From Octopus bimaculoides (Eukaryota): 46,648 nucleotides of DNA. The position numbers were made by a program, and so were the translations under genes. Positions 32,410 through 45,800 of this stretch are shown here, piece after piece. Where the stretch lies: positions 101,315,331 through 101,361,978 of the forward strand of contig NC_068984.1 in assembly GCF_001194135.2 (NCBI RefSeq), in the 5' to 3' direction. The notes below the pieces were generated by a model, which was not told the origin of the DNA, did not search any database, and worked only from the letters and a program-made list of their open reading frames with translations. Every line of letters begins with the position of its first letter. Within the stretch, counting starts at the first letter, position 1.

Positions 32410-32920
32410 TGTGAGTCTTACTTGAGTTTGTAGAAGGTCAGCAATAAGAGATTAGTAGTTAAGTATGTTCTGGTCCTTAAGGGAAACCCTATTCTTATAA
32501 CAGAGGAGACTGTCCGAAAGTTTTGAGCGCCAGCATTTGCATTGATTTTGAAGGGTTTCGTTGTGGGTTGTTGGCATGTAAAGAAGTTTCGGCAGACGAC
32601 TGTTGCCTTCATACTTGATGTGTAACGATTACATTGTGTAAACAAGATTTTTTTCCAGGGGGAAGAGGAGTGAAGCGTACAATCGTCTACGTATGAGGAG
32701 GGTGTCATGTTGCATGCGACAGACAGTAAGTAGGTCGTTGATCAAAGATATATCAGAAGGATATGGGTGATATAGCTTAACCTTCAGGTGCACTTGAGGA
32801 ATATACCTAATCTGCCGCTTGTTTTAACCTCACCACGTGGCACTTGCGTGCTTTTAGCGGTGTCTGATCACCCTGTTGAAAGTATTAGAGACATGACCCC
32901 TTGGTCTCAGGTTTAACTTC
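32410..32920 (-). mobile_element. Decayed CR1/L2-like LINE RT fragment
   Basis: Minus strand: APEG*AISP...INDLL, SYVDDCTLHSS (YADD-like), GFPLRTRTYLTTNLLLLTFYK. Confidence 0.65.
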
Positions 32921-33059
32921 TATTCATTTCAGTAGTTTCGTAGGCCCCGAAAATAAATCATAATGGCTGCCCTTCATCATCTGATTATTGATACTCTGAA
33001 CAACACTAGTGATACTCTGTACGCGCGCGCGCGCGTGCGTGTGTGTGTTTGAGGGAGAG

Positions 33060-33077
33060 TGAGAGAGAGAGAGAAAA

Positions 33078-33109
<32 letters not shown>

Positions 33110-33195
33110 ATGAAAGAAAGAAAGAAGAAAAGAAAGAAACAAACAAACAAACAAACAAACAAGCAAACAAAGAGAAAACAAACAAACAAGGAAAG
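33060..33195. repeat. (GA)n(GAAA)n(CAAA)n compound repeat
   Basis: Direct reading of the sequence. Confidence 0.95.
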
Positions 33196-33287
33196 AATGA
33201 GTGCGCGCATGTGCATGAAAAACAGCAACATATCAATGCGAGTAAAAGTATTCGTATTACACACATATACATACGCATAGGCGTAAG

Positions 33288-33425
33288 TGCGTGATCTTGG
33301 GTTCAGTCCCACTGTTCGGTACCTTGGGGAAATTACTTTAACTATAGACCCGGGTCAATTAAATCTTTGTAAGTGGATTCGTCAGACAGAAACTAATAGA
33401 AGCCCACCGTGTGTGTGTGTGTGTG
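33288..33425 (+). mobile_element. SINE family A head, degenerate, running into (GT)n and a gap
   Basis: gggttcagtcccactg...accttgggga...ctatagacccggg...gtggatt...gaaact..agaagcccaccgt. Confidence 0.75.
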
Positions 33426-34358
33426 NNNNNNNNNNNNNNNNNNNNNNNNNNNNNNNNNNNNNNNNNNNNNNNNNNNNNNNNNNNNNNNNNNNNNNNNNNN
33501 NNNNNNNNNNNNNNNNNNNNNNNNNNNNNNNNNNNNNNNNNNNNNNNNNNNNNNNNNNNNNNNNNNNNNNNNNNNNNNNNNNNNNNNNNNNNNNNNNNNN
33601 NNNNNNNNNNNNNNNNNNNNNNNNNNNNNNNNNNNNNNNNNNNNNNNNNNNNNNNNNNNNNNNNNNNNNNNNNNNNNNNNNNNNNNNNNNNNNNNNNNNN
33701 NNNNNNNNNNNNNNNNNNNNNNNNNNNNNNNNNNNNNNNNNNNNNNNNNNNNNNNNNNNNNNNNNNNNNNNNNNNNNNNNNNNNNNNNNNNNNNNNNNNN
33801 NNNNNNNNNNNNNNNNNNNNNNNNNNNNNNNNNNNNNNNNNNNNNNNNNNNNNNNNNNNNNNNNNNNNNNNNNNNNNNNNNNNNNNNNNNNNNNNNNNNN
33901 NNNNNNNNNNNNNNNNNNNNNNNNNNNNNNNNNNNNNNNNNNNNNNNNNNNNNNNNNNNNNNNNNNNNNNNNNNNNNNNNNNNNNNNNNNNNNNNNNNNN
34001 NNNNNNNNNNNNNNNNNNNNNNNNNNNNNNNNNNNNNNNNNNNNNNNNNNNNNNNNNNNNNNNNNNNNNNNNNNNNNNNNNNNNNNNNNNNNNNNNNNNN
34101 NNNNNNNNNNNNNNNNNNNNNNNNNNNNNNNNNNNNNNNNNNNNNNNNNNNNNNNNNNNNNNNNNNNNNNNNNNNNNNNNNNNNNNNNNNNNNNNNNNNN
34201 NNNNNNNNNNNNNNNNNNNNNNNNNNNNNNNNNNNNNNNNNNNNNNNNNNNNNNNNNNNNNNNNNNNNNNNNNNNNNNNNNNNNNNNNNNNNNNNNNNNN
34301 NNNNNNNNNNNNNNNNNNNNNNNNNNNNNNNNNNNNNNNNNNNNNNNTACACACACAG

Positions 34359-34389
<31 letters not shown>

Positions 34390-34454
34390 CGTGCGCGCGC
34401 ATGCACGCACGCGCATGCCTTTAGTCGAATGAATTAACCCTAATATTTGTTTAT

Positions 34455-34555
34455 TTCTAAGCTTGGTATTCATTCTATCGGTCTCTTGCCAAACCGCTGA
34501 GTTACAGTGATGCAAACAAACCAACACCGGTTGTCAAGCGGTGCTGGGAGACAAA

Positions 34556-34592
<37 letters not shown>

Positions 34593-34745
34593 AATATAGT
34601 TTGGTACATTTTCTGTGTACCAAATCAACTCACAGGGCTTTTTGATCAGCCCGAAGCTATAGTAGAAGTCACTTACCCAAGGTGTCATGTAGTGAGGATG
34701 GACCCGAAACCGTGTGGTCGGGGAGCAAACTTCCTACCCCATAAC
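34455..34745 (-). mobile_element. SINE family A, near full length, with internal (CA)n
   Basis: ctatcggtctcttgccaaaccgctgagttac...(ca)n...ctatagtagaagtcacttacccaagg...gacccgaaaccgtgtgg. Confidence 0.85.
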
Positions 34746-35164
34746 CACTTCCGTAATCATGTCGTTGTTCAGCAAAACATTCTGAACCCTCATCTGTTGT
34801 CAACGACGGGAGAATCCACGCCTCAAAGGATCAAATGAGTGCAGTGATTGCAGTGTATTAGTAAAGGATGGCTTTGAAGATGAGAAACAGACCAAGAACG
34901 GTTAGTGTATCAATGTGATCAGATACACACACTGGTGTTGTTTAACCCAAGGTTAATTTCCATCCAAATACTCTGTGACCATACTCTGTTTTATTCACAC
35001 GCAATCTACTTTGATATGTTCGGTTGGTTGTCGTTAATATTTAACACTGGCCAACCAGCGTCCGGCAGACCTATGATCAGAATCATAACCATCAATAACC
35101 ACCACGCGTTTCCTTTTTCTTTTCTTTTCTTTTTTGTTTTTTTTCATAGTACATCTCAGCATCG

Positions 35165-35460
35165 CAGAATATATCACCTGATATGATGTTGATTAGCTGG
35201 TTGTTGTTATTCAATGCAAGTCATCACTTTTCCAGAAAATCTATGATCAAAAATGTTCCAATCATGACCATTCTATCTTTTCTCAGACATAGTGTATCTA
35301 GGAATATATCACTTAATATGGTTGATTGGCTGGTTGTTGTTATTCATCGCAAGTCATCATTTTTTCAGTAAATCTATGATAAAAACTGTTCCAGTCGTGA
35401 ACATGCCATTTTTCATTCAGACATTTTCAGACAGGAATATGTAGATAATTGATTAATATC
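35165..35460. repeat. Diverged tandem duplication of about 135 bp
   Basis: gaatatatcac..gttgatt.gctggttgttgttattca..gcaagtcatca.tttt.cag.aaatctatgat at 35167 and 35302. Confidence 0.8.
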
Positions 35461-37006
35461 CAAATGAAACAGAACAAAAGAAAAAAAAAAGACAAGAACA
35501 AAACAACGAAATAAACGAACAAGGTACAGACTCTATGTAGTCGACGTTGTGGTGAGAAGGAAACGGGAATAATTTGACGTTTTGGACAGTGGTCTTTTGT
35601 CAAGAGAGATAAGAGAGAAATAATGAAAGGAAAGAAATAAAAATTGTTGCTTCACCATATTTTAGTGGTAGGGAAGTAATAAAGTAATGAAGTTCTTTTG
35701 GTATTTTAGTACAGATGAGCAAACAATGGTAAGAGAAACAAGCATGACAAGCCTGAGAAAGACAACTAAAGTATGCATAAAATAGGTTTGTACGTGTGTG
35801 TGCGTTCGTAAATTTGTGTGTGTGTGTACGTTCGTAGATTTGTGTGTGTGTGTAAATGTATGGGTGTGAGTTTGTATGTGAGTGTGTAAGAGTGCGTGTG
35901 CGTGTGTTTTATAGGTTTATGCGTGACAAACGTGGAAAATTAAATAAAACACGTATAATATGTTTATACCTGTATATGTGTGTGAGCGAATAGGGAGTTA
36001 AGAGTGTGAGCTACGGTGTGTGCAACTGTTTTTGTACGATGAGTAAGAGCGGTGTGTACAAGGGGCTAATGACGTGGGTGTATGTTGAGGTAAATGATGA
36101 AGTAAGCGAAGTGAAATATGTTTTGAAGTATGGTAATATATGTGTATGCGAGTGAAGGAGTGAAAAGGGAGTTAAGTGCGTGGACGAGATTGTTTGAGAA
36201 TGAGTGTGTTTACGTGGAATGGGTAAGTCGTGTGCAGGCGTTATATTTTAGAGTGTTGGCGTGTGTGCCGGATGTTCGATGAAATGTGTGATTAGAGTAG
36301 GTGGATGCGTGTGTGTGTGTATGTAGTGTGTGGGTATATAGGTAGAAAAGCAGTAGTAAATTATAATGCATATGTAGGGAAGTGTTTTAGAGGAAAGCAA
36401 ATTGGTTGTCATTCCAACAGGACAAGACATGTTTCAGCGGAAGATCAATTGTTGTTCACGACGAAGTCGGGAAGCGGAACAACCAGATTTTGTATAACTC
36501 CCCAAAATAGCAAGGTGTCGATGGATATGGCCTAGAAAATTGAGTATTCCCTGAAACAATTATCCAACCGGGACCAGTTTCCATTATGTAAAGTAAATCA
36601 CATAGTTAGCATTTCATAGTGTAGGCGAAAGTGAAGCAGGTCGTGATATAGAAAGATGATTGCGTTATAAGTAAAGTGATGATGCTCTGAATGACGATTT
36701 AGGTATTACAGGGTAAGGGGGGGGGGGGTGCATGCAAAAAGTCCAAGTTGGATAAAGCGTGTGTAGTACGAACTGTGGTTCATATCTGGAGGAAGAGAAT
36801 ATTCGAAAAAATGTGGAAAGCAACAGGGTGGTATTGGAAGAAATGGGAGTGTCGCAGGATGGAATATGAGAGTGGTGGGGAGGAGATCCTTTTCTTCATC
36901 GTCTGTACAGCACGTGCTTCCAGCAGCTATTTCTTACAATCTATAAGGCTAACACTTCGTCTCAGCATGCAACTGTCCCATTGAACTCCTACATGCACAC
37001 ACTCAT

Positions 37007-37057
<51 letters not shown>

Positions 37058-37879
37058 TGCATGCGCACAAACTCATACACGCACACTACAGTATGACGTA
37101 TTGCTATCACGCCTTACTCATCTACACACGCATTTATTTCCGCAAAACCTTATATACATACCAAACACTCTTTTCACACATACACACACACATACACACA
37201 CACACACACACAAGCATACTTCTCACATATTTCCCTTCTCTTACTTTACCACCTATCTCTTCACACATATCCCCATACGTCCATACCTACACCCTTCAGA
37301 GGCACACGCATTAACCCCTTACACAACTATCCGCTAACACACTCTTACACTATTCAACATACTCACATACATTTATACACAATCAGTCTTGCGCATGCAC
37401 ATAACATTCTATTCGACCGCACACACGCACACATATAAACATACCTCACACGCGCTTCATCTCATATCCACACATCCACACTCACCACACACACACACAC
37501 ACACACACAATCCTATTTCACGCACACGCTTCTTACGCTTATTTCCTTCATTATCATTCACCTTTCTAAACAAAAGAAGAGAGATAATAATTAATAAAAA
37601 AAGAACTTCTTGACTCCATCACTGCCTGTACCCTCCCAGCATATTTACGTCATGGATTCAATGTTATTCTTTCTTTCCTATACTTTCTCGACAAAGGACC
37701 ATTATCCGAAACGTTCGCTTTTTTTCCCCTTTACATTGTTAAATACATTGTTCGTTGCTCTAGTTTTTTTTTTTTATCTTCTCTCTCCTCGTTTCTCACC
37801 TGAATATTAGTGAACTGTCGGGGCTACAACTTCCATTGGAGTCACAGCGCTTTTTATTTTATTTTATGATACTGTAAGG

Positions 37880-37960
37880 CAGGGGTTTTCAAACTTTTTG
37901 ACTTGCGGACCCCTTTATATTTCAGGCTTTACCTTGTGGACCACAGTTTGAAAACCCCTG
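37880..37960. mobile_element. 81-bp hAT-type MITE with perfect 16-bp TIRs and 8-bp TSD
   Basis: ctgtaagg|caggggttttcaaact ... agtttgaaaacccctg|ctgtaagg. Confidence 0.93.
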
Positions 37961-38012
37961 CTGTAAGGATCTTCAAGCCTGGTGGTCAGGCCCTTATGTT
38001 GTATGTCCGTGA

Positions 38013-38067
38013 TGCAGGACTGTGTACGCGGAGTGCAGGACTGTGTACGCGGAGTGCAGGACTGTGT
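38013..38067. repeat. 21-bp tandem repeat, about 2.6 copies
   Basis: tgcaggactgtgtacgcggag at 38013, 38034 and 38055. Confidence 0.92.
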
Positions 38068-38108
38068 GCTCTCTCAAAGTTGACACACGCAATTGTCATT
38101 TCGCGCAG

Positions 38109-38162
38109 TCTGGTGGGCAAATTTATTTTCGAGTTGGAGTCGACGTCCACGAGTGATGTGAG
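38109..38162 (+). CDS. Candidate 54-nt exon (xLVGKFIFELESTSTSDVR)
   Basis: Acceptor ttgtcatttcgcgcag|, donor GAG|gtaggc, phase 2/2; a 111-bp intron leads to the next candidate exon in a compatible phase. Confidence 0.5.
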
Positions 38163-38273
38163 GTAGGCTAAGAGAAAACCGAGATTACAACTGGATTTTT
38201 CTTTTCATTTCACGAACTATAACGAAATTTTTAAAAATCCAACAGTAATCCAAGGTCCTTCCTCTCGTTGTAG

Positions 38274-38339
38274 GTCAGCTCTAACCTATATCCAAAGCCG
38301 TTCCATCCGTGATCATCCTGTTGACTACATTATAACCAG
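38274..38339 (+). CDS. Candidate 66-nt exon (SALTYIQSRSIRDHPVDYIITx)
   Basis: Strong acceptor ccttcctctcgttgtag|, donor CAG|gtctgt; the only open frame is the one predicted from the upstream exon. Confidence 0.5.
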
Positions 38340-38394
38340 GTCTGTATTATCTATTGTGACCTTGTTGTTTGACTGCAAGTCAACCCTGAAATTG

Positions 38395-41300
38395 CTGATA
38401 GTAGTAGTAGTAGTAGTAGTAGTAGTAGCAGTAGTAGTAGTAGTAGAGANNNNNNNNNNNNNNNNNNNNNNNNNNNNNNNNNNNNNNNNNNNNNNNNNNN
38501 NNNNNNNNNNNNNNNNNNNNNNNNNNNNNNNNNNNNNTGGTGGTGGTGGTGGTGGTGGTGGTGGTGGTAGTGGTGAAAATAGTAGTAGCGGTAGTAGAGA
38601 CAGACAACACTAGCTCAACAGCAGATGCAGACCTGTAAGCATCTTAAAGGGTCTTAATGCCACAAGCGAACAGAATTTGAAACAGCGAGTGAGTATCTGT
38701 GAGTGTGTGTGTACGTGCGGGCGCGAGTATGTGTATGTGAATGTGTTTGTGTGTGCGTGCAAGCGTGCGTGTGCGCGTATATGCCAGTGTTGCGTGTGTG
38801 TATTCTTTGCGTGCTTGTCTCTGAATGTTGAGTATTTGTGTGTATACGTGTATGTGTGCGTGTGTTCCTTGTGTGCGCGTGTGTTTGCATGTACGTGTTT
38901 TCCGTATGTGTATGACAGTGTGTATGTGTGTGTGTGTGCGTGTCACTTTGTGTGTGGTGTGTGTGTGTTCTGAATATATCTTGTTGAAGCTAGTTGATTG
39001 CAAGTGTGCGCCTTTGTCTATATGCATGTGTGTGTGTGGTGTATTTCTTGCGTGCTTTCTTTGCCACTGCCTTTTCTGTGTGGTATGTATGCGTGTATGT
39101 GGTTTGTATATGTGATTGGGTGCATCTTGTGTGTTCGTGTGTATTCAGTTATTGTTGAGTGTGTATGTGTTCAGCAAATATGTATGAGTCCATGTGTGTG
39201 TACGCGCTCCTGTCTGTATGTGCTTGTGCGTGTGAGTGTGTGTAAGCCTATTAGTGTTTATTGAATGTTGCGTTTATGTGCATGTCTGCTGCATGTTGTG
39301 ATATTCATATATGTAAATATATATGTGTGTGTATGTATGCATGTGTATTAGTGTGTGTGTGTGTGTGTGTTCCTAATGTCTGCTATCTATGTGTATGTAC
39401 TTGAAAATGCATATAACGTGTATGTTCTGTGAATATATGAGTGTGAATGTGTGTTCCAGAGAGAGAGAGAGAAAGAAAGAGTGAGTGTGTGTTTGCGTGG
39501 TGTATGTTCATGATACAGAATGTGTTTATGTGAAGAAAAGGAAAAGACAAAACGAAAGAGAAGGGGAAGTAAGAAAGTGTTTGCGTTTATGCGTGTATGT
39601 GTGTGTATGTTTGTTTATGTGTGAATATGCATGCATCCTGTGTATGTATGTATATATATATATATATACGCTTTTGTATATGTCTATATGTGTGTGTTTG
39701 CGTGTGTATCCTTATCTTTCTGCGTATGTATGAATGCGCGTGCGCTTACGTGGGTGTGTGAGTGTGTATGTGCCTGTGTGAATGTGCATCACTGCTTGTG
39801 TGTACTTACCGAATATGTGTATTCGTATGTGTATTCATTTATGTATCTGTGCTACATACAGCCAGTGTGTATGTGTAAAGTGTAAGTGTTGGTATAGAGA
39901 GAACGGGAGGGTAAGTATGTGGCGGAGGAGGAGGAGGTTGAGAAGAGGCGCACGGGTGGGACGTGGTGAGGAGTGGGTAGAGGAGTACGATGGAAGTGGT
40001 TGTGGGGGGGTGATCATAGCTGTGGTGGTTCTGGTAGCAGTTGTGTTGTTGTTATTGATGGTAGTAGTGGTGGTGGTGGTGATGGTGGAGGTGGTGGTGG
40101 CGGCGGTAACTGCGTTGTCGTAGTAGTGGTGATAGTGGAATAACTGGTAATGGCGATGGTGGCGGGAGGTGAAGGTGGTATTGATGCTGGTTGTGATGAT
40201 GATGATATTTCGGTGGTCGTTGTAGTGACGGCTGGTGGTGGAATTATAGTAGTAATAGTAGTGAGAGCTGTATCTGTACGGTGTGTGTGTGTGTGTGTAC
40301 GTAACTGTGTGTCTGCGCATATGTGTATATCTGTGTGTGTGTGCGTGCGTATGTAGTGTTCATGAAGTAATGTGTATGTGTGTATGTCGGTAATGTGTCT
40401 GTAAACTATGTATATGTGTATGTATGTGTGTGTGTGTGTGTGTGCTGTCTGTACATAGTATGCATATGCATGTGAAATATTTATTGAGTGTGCGCGTACG
40501 TATATCTGCCTCTGTGTGTGTGTGTGCAGATGTAGTGTCTGGAGTATAATGTATATGTGAGTGGAGTGTGTGTGTAGACTATGTATGTGTGTATGGAGAG
40601 TCTCAACCTTGTATGCGTATGTACGTGGAATATCTATAAAGTGAGTGCGCGCGCGCGTGTGTGTGTGTGTGCGCGTATGCAATTGTGTCTGTAGGTTGAA
40701 TGTCTATGTTTATGAAGTGTCTATAGGGTGTGTATGTGTATGTATATATATATATATGTATGTGGTGTGCGTTTATGTATGTGTATGTATATATGTGTGT
40801 GCGCGATTATGTATGTGTATATACATATATATATATGTGTGTGTGTGTATGTATATATATATGTGTGTGTGTATATATGTATGTATGTATGTGGTGTTAC
40901 TATAGCATGTGTGTGTGTGTTTATAGCGTGTAGCGTCTGTAGACAGCGTGTGTGAATGTGGAGGAAGTGTAGGAGTCGGTGTGTAGACTGATAAGTTAAA
41001 AGAAAAAAAAACGAAGGGTGTCCATTGGTGGGGGTGGAGTAGAGGCGGTAGTGGAAGTGGTAGATGGAGGACGAAGAGGTGGTTGCCGGATGAAACGTTG
41101 GGGAGTAAGGGGAAGAGGGAGAGTTCGAAGTTGTTAGAGTGATGGTAGGTGGTTGGCGTGGTAGTGTTTGGGTAGTAGTTTTGTGGGGTGTAATATAGCA
41201 GTGGTTGGTGCGGTAGTGTGATTGTAGTTTAGGGAGTAGTGTTAATGGTGGTGTAATATAGTTGTGGTTGGTGTGGTAGTGTGATTGTAGTTTGAGAAGT

Positions 41301-41919
41301 AGTGATGGTGGTAGTTGTTGTGGTGGTGGTGGTGGTGGTACTGGTGGAATATAGCGATGGTTGGTGTGTGGTAGTGATTGTAGTTTAAGTAGTAGTGTTA
41401 TTGGTAGTGTAATATAGCTGTAGTTCGTGTGGTAATGAAACTGTAGTATAGGTAGTAGTGGTGGTGGAATATAGCGGTGGTTGGTGTGGTAGTGATTGTA
41501 GTTGTGGTGGTGGAATATATGCTGTGGATGGTGCAGTGTGATTACAGTTTAGTAGTAGTGTTGGTGGTAGTGGGGGTGGAATATAGCATTGGTTGGTGTG
41601 GCAGTGATTGTAGCTTTGGTAGTGGTATTAACGGTGGTTGGTGTGGTAATGTGATTGTAGTTTAGGTAGTAGTGTTGTGGTGGTGGTGGTGGTGGAATAT
41701 AGCGATGGTTGGTGTGTGGTAGTAATGATTGTAGTTTTGGTAATGGTATCAGCGGTGGTGTAACTCAGCGGTGGTTGGTGTGGTAATGTGATTGTAGTTT
41801 GGGTAGCGGTACGGATGATTGTGTAATATAGCTATTGTTTGTGTGGTAGTATAATTGTAATTTGGGTAATAGCTTTGGTGGTAGTGTAATATAGCAGTGG
41901 TCGCTGTTGTTGTGTGATT

Positions 41920-41961
<42 letters not shown>

Positions 41962-43777
41962 TAATTTAGCTGTGGTTTGTATGGTGGTACGGTTGTAGCT
42001 TATACGGTAGTGCTGGATAAGTATGGTGGTTGCAAATGCCGTAATGTTGGTGTTGGTGTGATAGTGTGGTAGCAGACGGGTTGGGTGGTAGAGTTGGTAT
42101 GGTGCCTGGGCGTTGGTTATGTAGCATAGGAGAGGAAGAGGGGTTGCTGATAGTGGTTAGGTCGTAGTATGGGACGAACGAACAATGAGTGGGTGGAAAG
42201 GGTAGTGGTGGGAGAGGGTTTAGTGGGAAAGGGATTATGGTGGGTGGAAGTGATGATGGGGTTTAATGAGGAGGACGGCGTTGGCGGAGGAACATTATGA
42301 TGGAGGGCAGGGGATTGTAGTGGAAGGTTTTTGTGGTGGGAGGAAGAAAAAGGTTGGTTGCTATAAGAGGAGGTAGGAGAGACTNNNNNNNNNNNNNNNN
42401 NNNNNNNNNNNNNNNNNNNNNNNNNNNNNNNNNNNNNNNNNNNNNNNNNNNNNNNNNNNNNNNNNNNNNNNNNNNNNNNNNNNNNNNNNNNNNNNNNNNN
42501 NNNNNNNNNNNNNNNNNNNNNNNNNNNNNNNNNNNNNNNNNNNNNNNNNNNNNNNNNNNNNNNNNNNNNNNNNNNNNNNNNNNNNNNNNNNNNNNNNNNN
42601 NNNNNNNNNNNNNNNNNNNNNNNNNNNNNNNNNNNNNNNNNNNNNNNNNNNNNNNNNNNNNNNNNNNNNNNNNNNNNNNNNNNNNNNNNNNNNNNNNNNN
42701 NNNNNNNNNNNNNNNNNNNNNNNNNNNNNNNNNNNNNNNNNNNNNNNNNNNNNNNNNNNNNNNNNNNNNNNNNNNNNNNNNNNNNNNNNNNNNNNNNNNN
42801 NNNNNNNNNNNNNNNNNNNNNNNNNNNNNNNNNNNNNNNNNNNNNNNNNNNNNNNNNNNNNNNNNNNNNNNNNNNNNNNNNNNNNNNNNNNNNNNNNNNN
42901 NNNNNNNNNNNNNNNNNNNNNNNNNNNNNNNNNNNNNNNNNNNNNNNNNNNNNNNNNNNNNNNNNNNNNNNNNNNNNNNNNNNNNNNNNNNNNNNNNNNN
43001 NNNNNNNNNNNNNNNNNNNNNNNNNNNNNNNNNNNNNNNNNNNNNNNNNNNNNNNNNNNNNNNNNNNNNNNNNNNNNNNNNNNNNNNNNNNNNNNNNNNN
43101 NNNNNNNNNNNNNNNNNNNNNNNNNNNNNNNNNNNNNNNNNNNNNNNNNNNNNNNNNNNNNNNNNNNNNNNNNNNNNNNNNNNNNNNNNNNNNNNNNNNN
43201 NNNNNNNNNNNNNNNNNNNNNNNNNNNNNNNNNNNNNNNNNNNNNNNNNNNNNNNNNNNNNNNNNNNNNNNNNNNNNNNNNNNNNNNNNNNNNNNNNNNN
43301 NNNNNNNNNNNNNNGGGGGGGGGGGGGTAATATTAATAGTGGCGATTAAAAAATGTTGATGGTGCTGTCAGTTATAATAAAAGTGGTTAATAGTGATGGT
43401 ATTTATGGTAACGAAAATACTGGTGGTAGTGGTATTGGTGGTAGTGGTATTGGTATTGGTGGTAGTGGTGGTGGTGATGTAGTTAGTAGAGCTGGTGGCG
43501 ATGGTGGTGATAGTGGTAGCGTTAATTGCATCTACATGTATCTGTGTATGCGCGCGAGCGTGTACGTGTGCCAATCTGTCCGTATGTGTACATCTGTCTA
43601 ATAGGCTGTCTGTATGTGTGCGTGTATGTGTGTGTGTGCGAGTGCCTATGTATGTTTGTATGCTTCTGTTTATGTTAGGTGTTTGTGTCTGTGCGTGTAT
43701 CTCTCTGTGAAGACTATTTGTGTGTCTATGCACGTATCAGTGAAGATGTGTATGTATGGCATGCATTTATACATTTA

Positions 43778-43813
<36 letters not shown>

Positions 43814-45217
43814 TTTATATATATATATATATATAGGTATGTTTGTATGTATACATGAGTGTATATGTGTGTGTGTTTGTTGTTGCACTGTACGTATGTG
43901 TTGAGTGTATCTGTGTGTATGTATCAATGTGTGATACCGGAGTGAGTGCGTGAAAGAGACGGATAGAGAGATAAAAAGATAAAATGAGGCAAGAAGAGGA
44001 CAGATAGACAGACAGGATAAGTTTGTGGGTGTATGTGTTTTATGTGTTGTGCATGTGTGTGCGAATGCGAAAAGGAGAAGAGAAATTGTATGTATGTATG
44101 TATGCGTGTGTATGAATGTATGTATGCGTGTCTATGTATGTGTGTATGTATGTATGTATGTATGTATGTATGCATGCATGAAGTCTGAATGTAAAGGAGA
44201 AAGAGAGTGGAAGTATATTTTTGAATGAATGAAAGAACGGGATATCAAGAGAGAGAGAAAGAGAAACGGAGAGAATCAAACGAGAGTGAGAGAGAGAGAG
44301 AGTATGAGAGTACAAATGAAGAATGGGAGCGAGGAGCTTGTGTTTGTAAGAAAGAGAAAGATTGAGAGAAGAGAAGAGTTGTGAGGAAGAACGAATACAG
44401 TGATGATGAATGGACGTGACTTCCGCATCCTACACATCTTACCTGCCCCTTCTGACTTCCTTCCCGCTATATAACTTCTATTACATCAATCGTGGTGGGG
44501 GAGACATGGTGGATTTCTGGTGGTGGTAGTGGAGGTAGTAATAGTGGGAGATGTGATAGTGGGAGATGTGAGCTGGTGGTTATGATAGATGATGGTGATG
44601 GTGATGGTGGTGGTGGTGGCGGCTGTAGTGGTATTGGTGGGTAATAGACGTAATGATTGTGGTTGGGGGTGTGCTGAGCTGTAAGTTGTTAGTGGTGGTG
44701 GTGATAGTGGTAGTAAATATGAGGCGCAGGTGGTAGGGTTGGTGGCGGCGATGGTAGGGGTGGTGGTGGTGGTGATAGTTGTGAAGGTATTGGTGGCAAT
44801 TGCAGTGAAGGCGGCGGTAGTTGTGTAGTAGGTAGTGATGGGGGTGGTCGGTCGTGATGGCAGTACTGCTGCCAGGCGGAAGAGAGAGAATGAGGTGTCA
44901 CCAATTTTCTTATCTATGTCTGAGCAGGGGTAGAAGGGGAGGGTTTGAGGCCATAGTCTTTTGATGGCAGAGGGGATATATATAAGGAAATGGAAAGAGA
45001 CAGACAGCGGGGACACGATGGGAAGAGAGAGCGAAATAACTGGGGTGGTTGGAGAGGCGACAGAGATGGGTGAATGTGTGTGTATGAAATGTGTGTACTT
45101 GTATGTGTATGTATGCATTTATGTTTGTAAGTATACGGTCGTGCTTCAGTATGCATGCATTATTTATGCGTGTATATACACATATGCATATATATTTATA
45201 ATATATATTTTTGTGTG

Positions 45218-45272
<55 letters not shown>

Positions 45273-45415
45273 ATATATATACACACAATATATATATATA
45301 GATATATATATCCGTATTCCCGAGCGTCATACTAATATATACTTTTGTTATTTACACCACCTGTCCTCGTCTGTTGTTATTATTTGTATATTCTCCCATA
45401 TATATATATATATAT

Positions 45416-45458
<43 letters not shown>

Positions 45459-45725
45459 CATACACACGTATGTGTGTGTATGTCTGTGTCCAAACACGTG
45501 TGTGTATGCATCTGTTCCTTGTGAATATATGAGCGTACAGACAGACGCAGACACACGCATGCGTCTGCATGTATACATGTACACAGATATGTATTTATGC
45601 ATGTATGTATACATATATTTAGGCATGAGCGCATGTATGTATGCATGTATGTATGTATGTATGGATGGATGGATGGATGGATGGATGGATGGATGAATGG
45701 ATGAATGGATGGATGGATGAAGAAC
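38395..45725. repeat. Large strand-biased low-complexity field: (GTA)n, degenerate (GT)n/(GTAT)n, (GGT)n, (AT)n, (AGAT)n, (GGAT)n
   Basis: Direct reading; includes gaps 38450-38537 and 42385-43314. Confidence 0.9.
41150..42005. repeat. Degenerate minisatellite of about 55-65 bp, more than 10 units
   Basis: Recurring aatatagc..tggttggtgtggtagtg(tg)attgtagttt at about 41192, 41255, 41349, 41411, 41468, 41580, 41696, 41825 and 41888. Confidence 0.8.
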
Positions 45726-45800
45726 TGCACGTTTATGCAAGCTATGCATTTGAATGTGAACCTATATTACTGTACAAAAAAAAATAAAAGTATATATTTA

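Noticed and set aside
36330-36990. Possible LINE RT remnant on the minus strand
   Set aside because: No diagnostic motif could be recovered by eye, so it is too decayed to support.
41150-42005. Mucin-like Thr/Pro/His-rich coding repeat on the minus strand
   Set aside because: Unit lengths vary out of frame, stops occur in the frames inspected, and the track shows no long minus-strand ORF here.
44866-44975. Unique island with possible exon readings on either strand (TAARRKRENE on +, DYGLKPSPSTPAQT* on -)
   Set aside because: There is no polypyrimidine tract on the + strand and no independent support for either reading, so it is not called.
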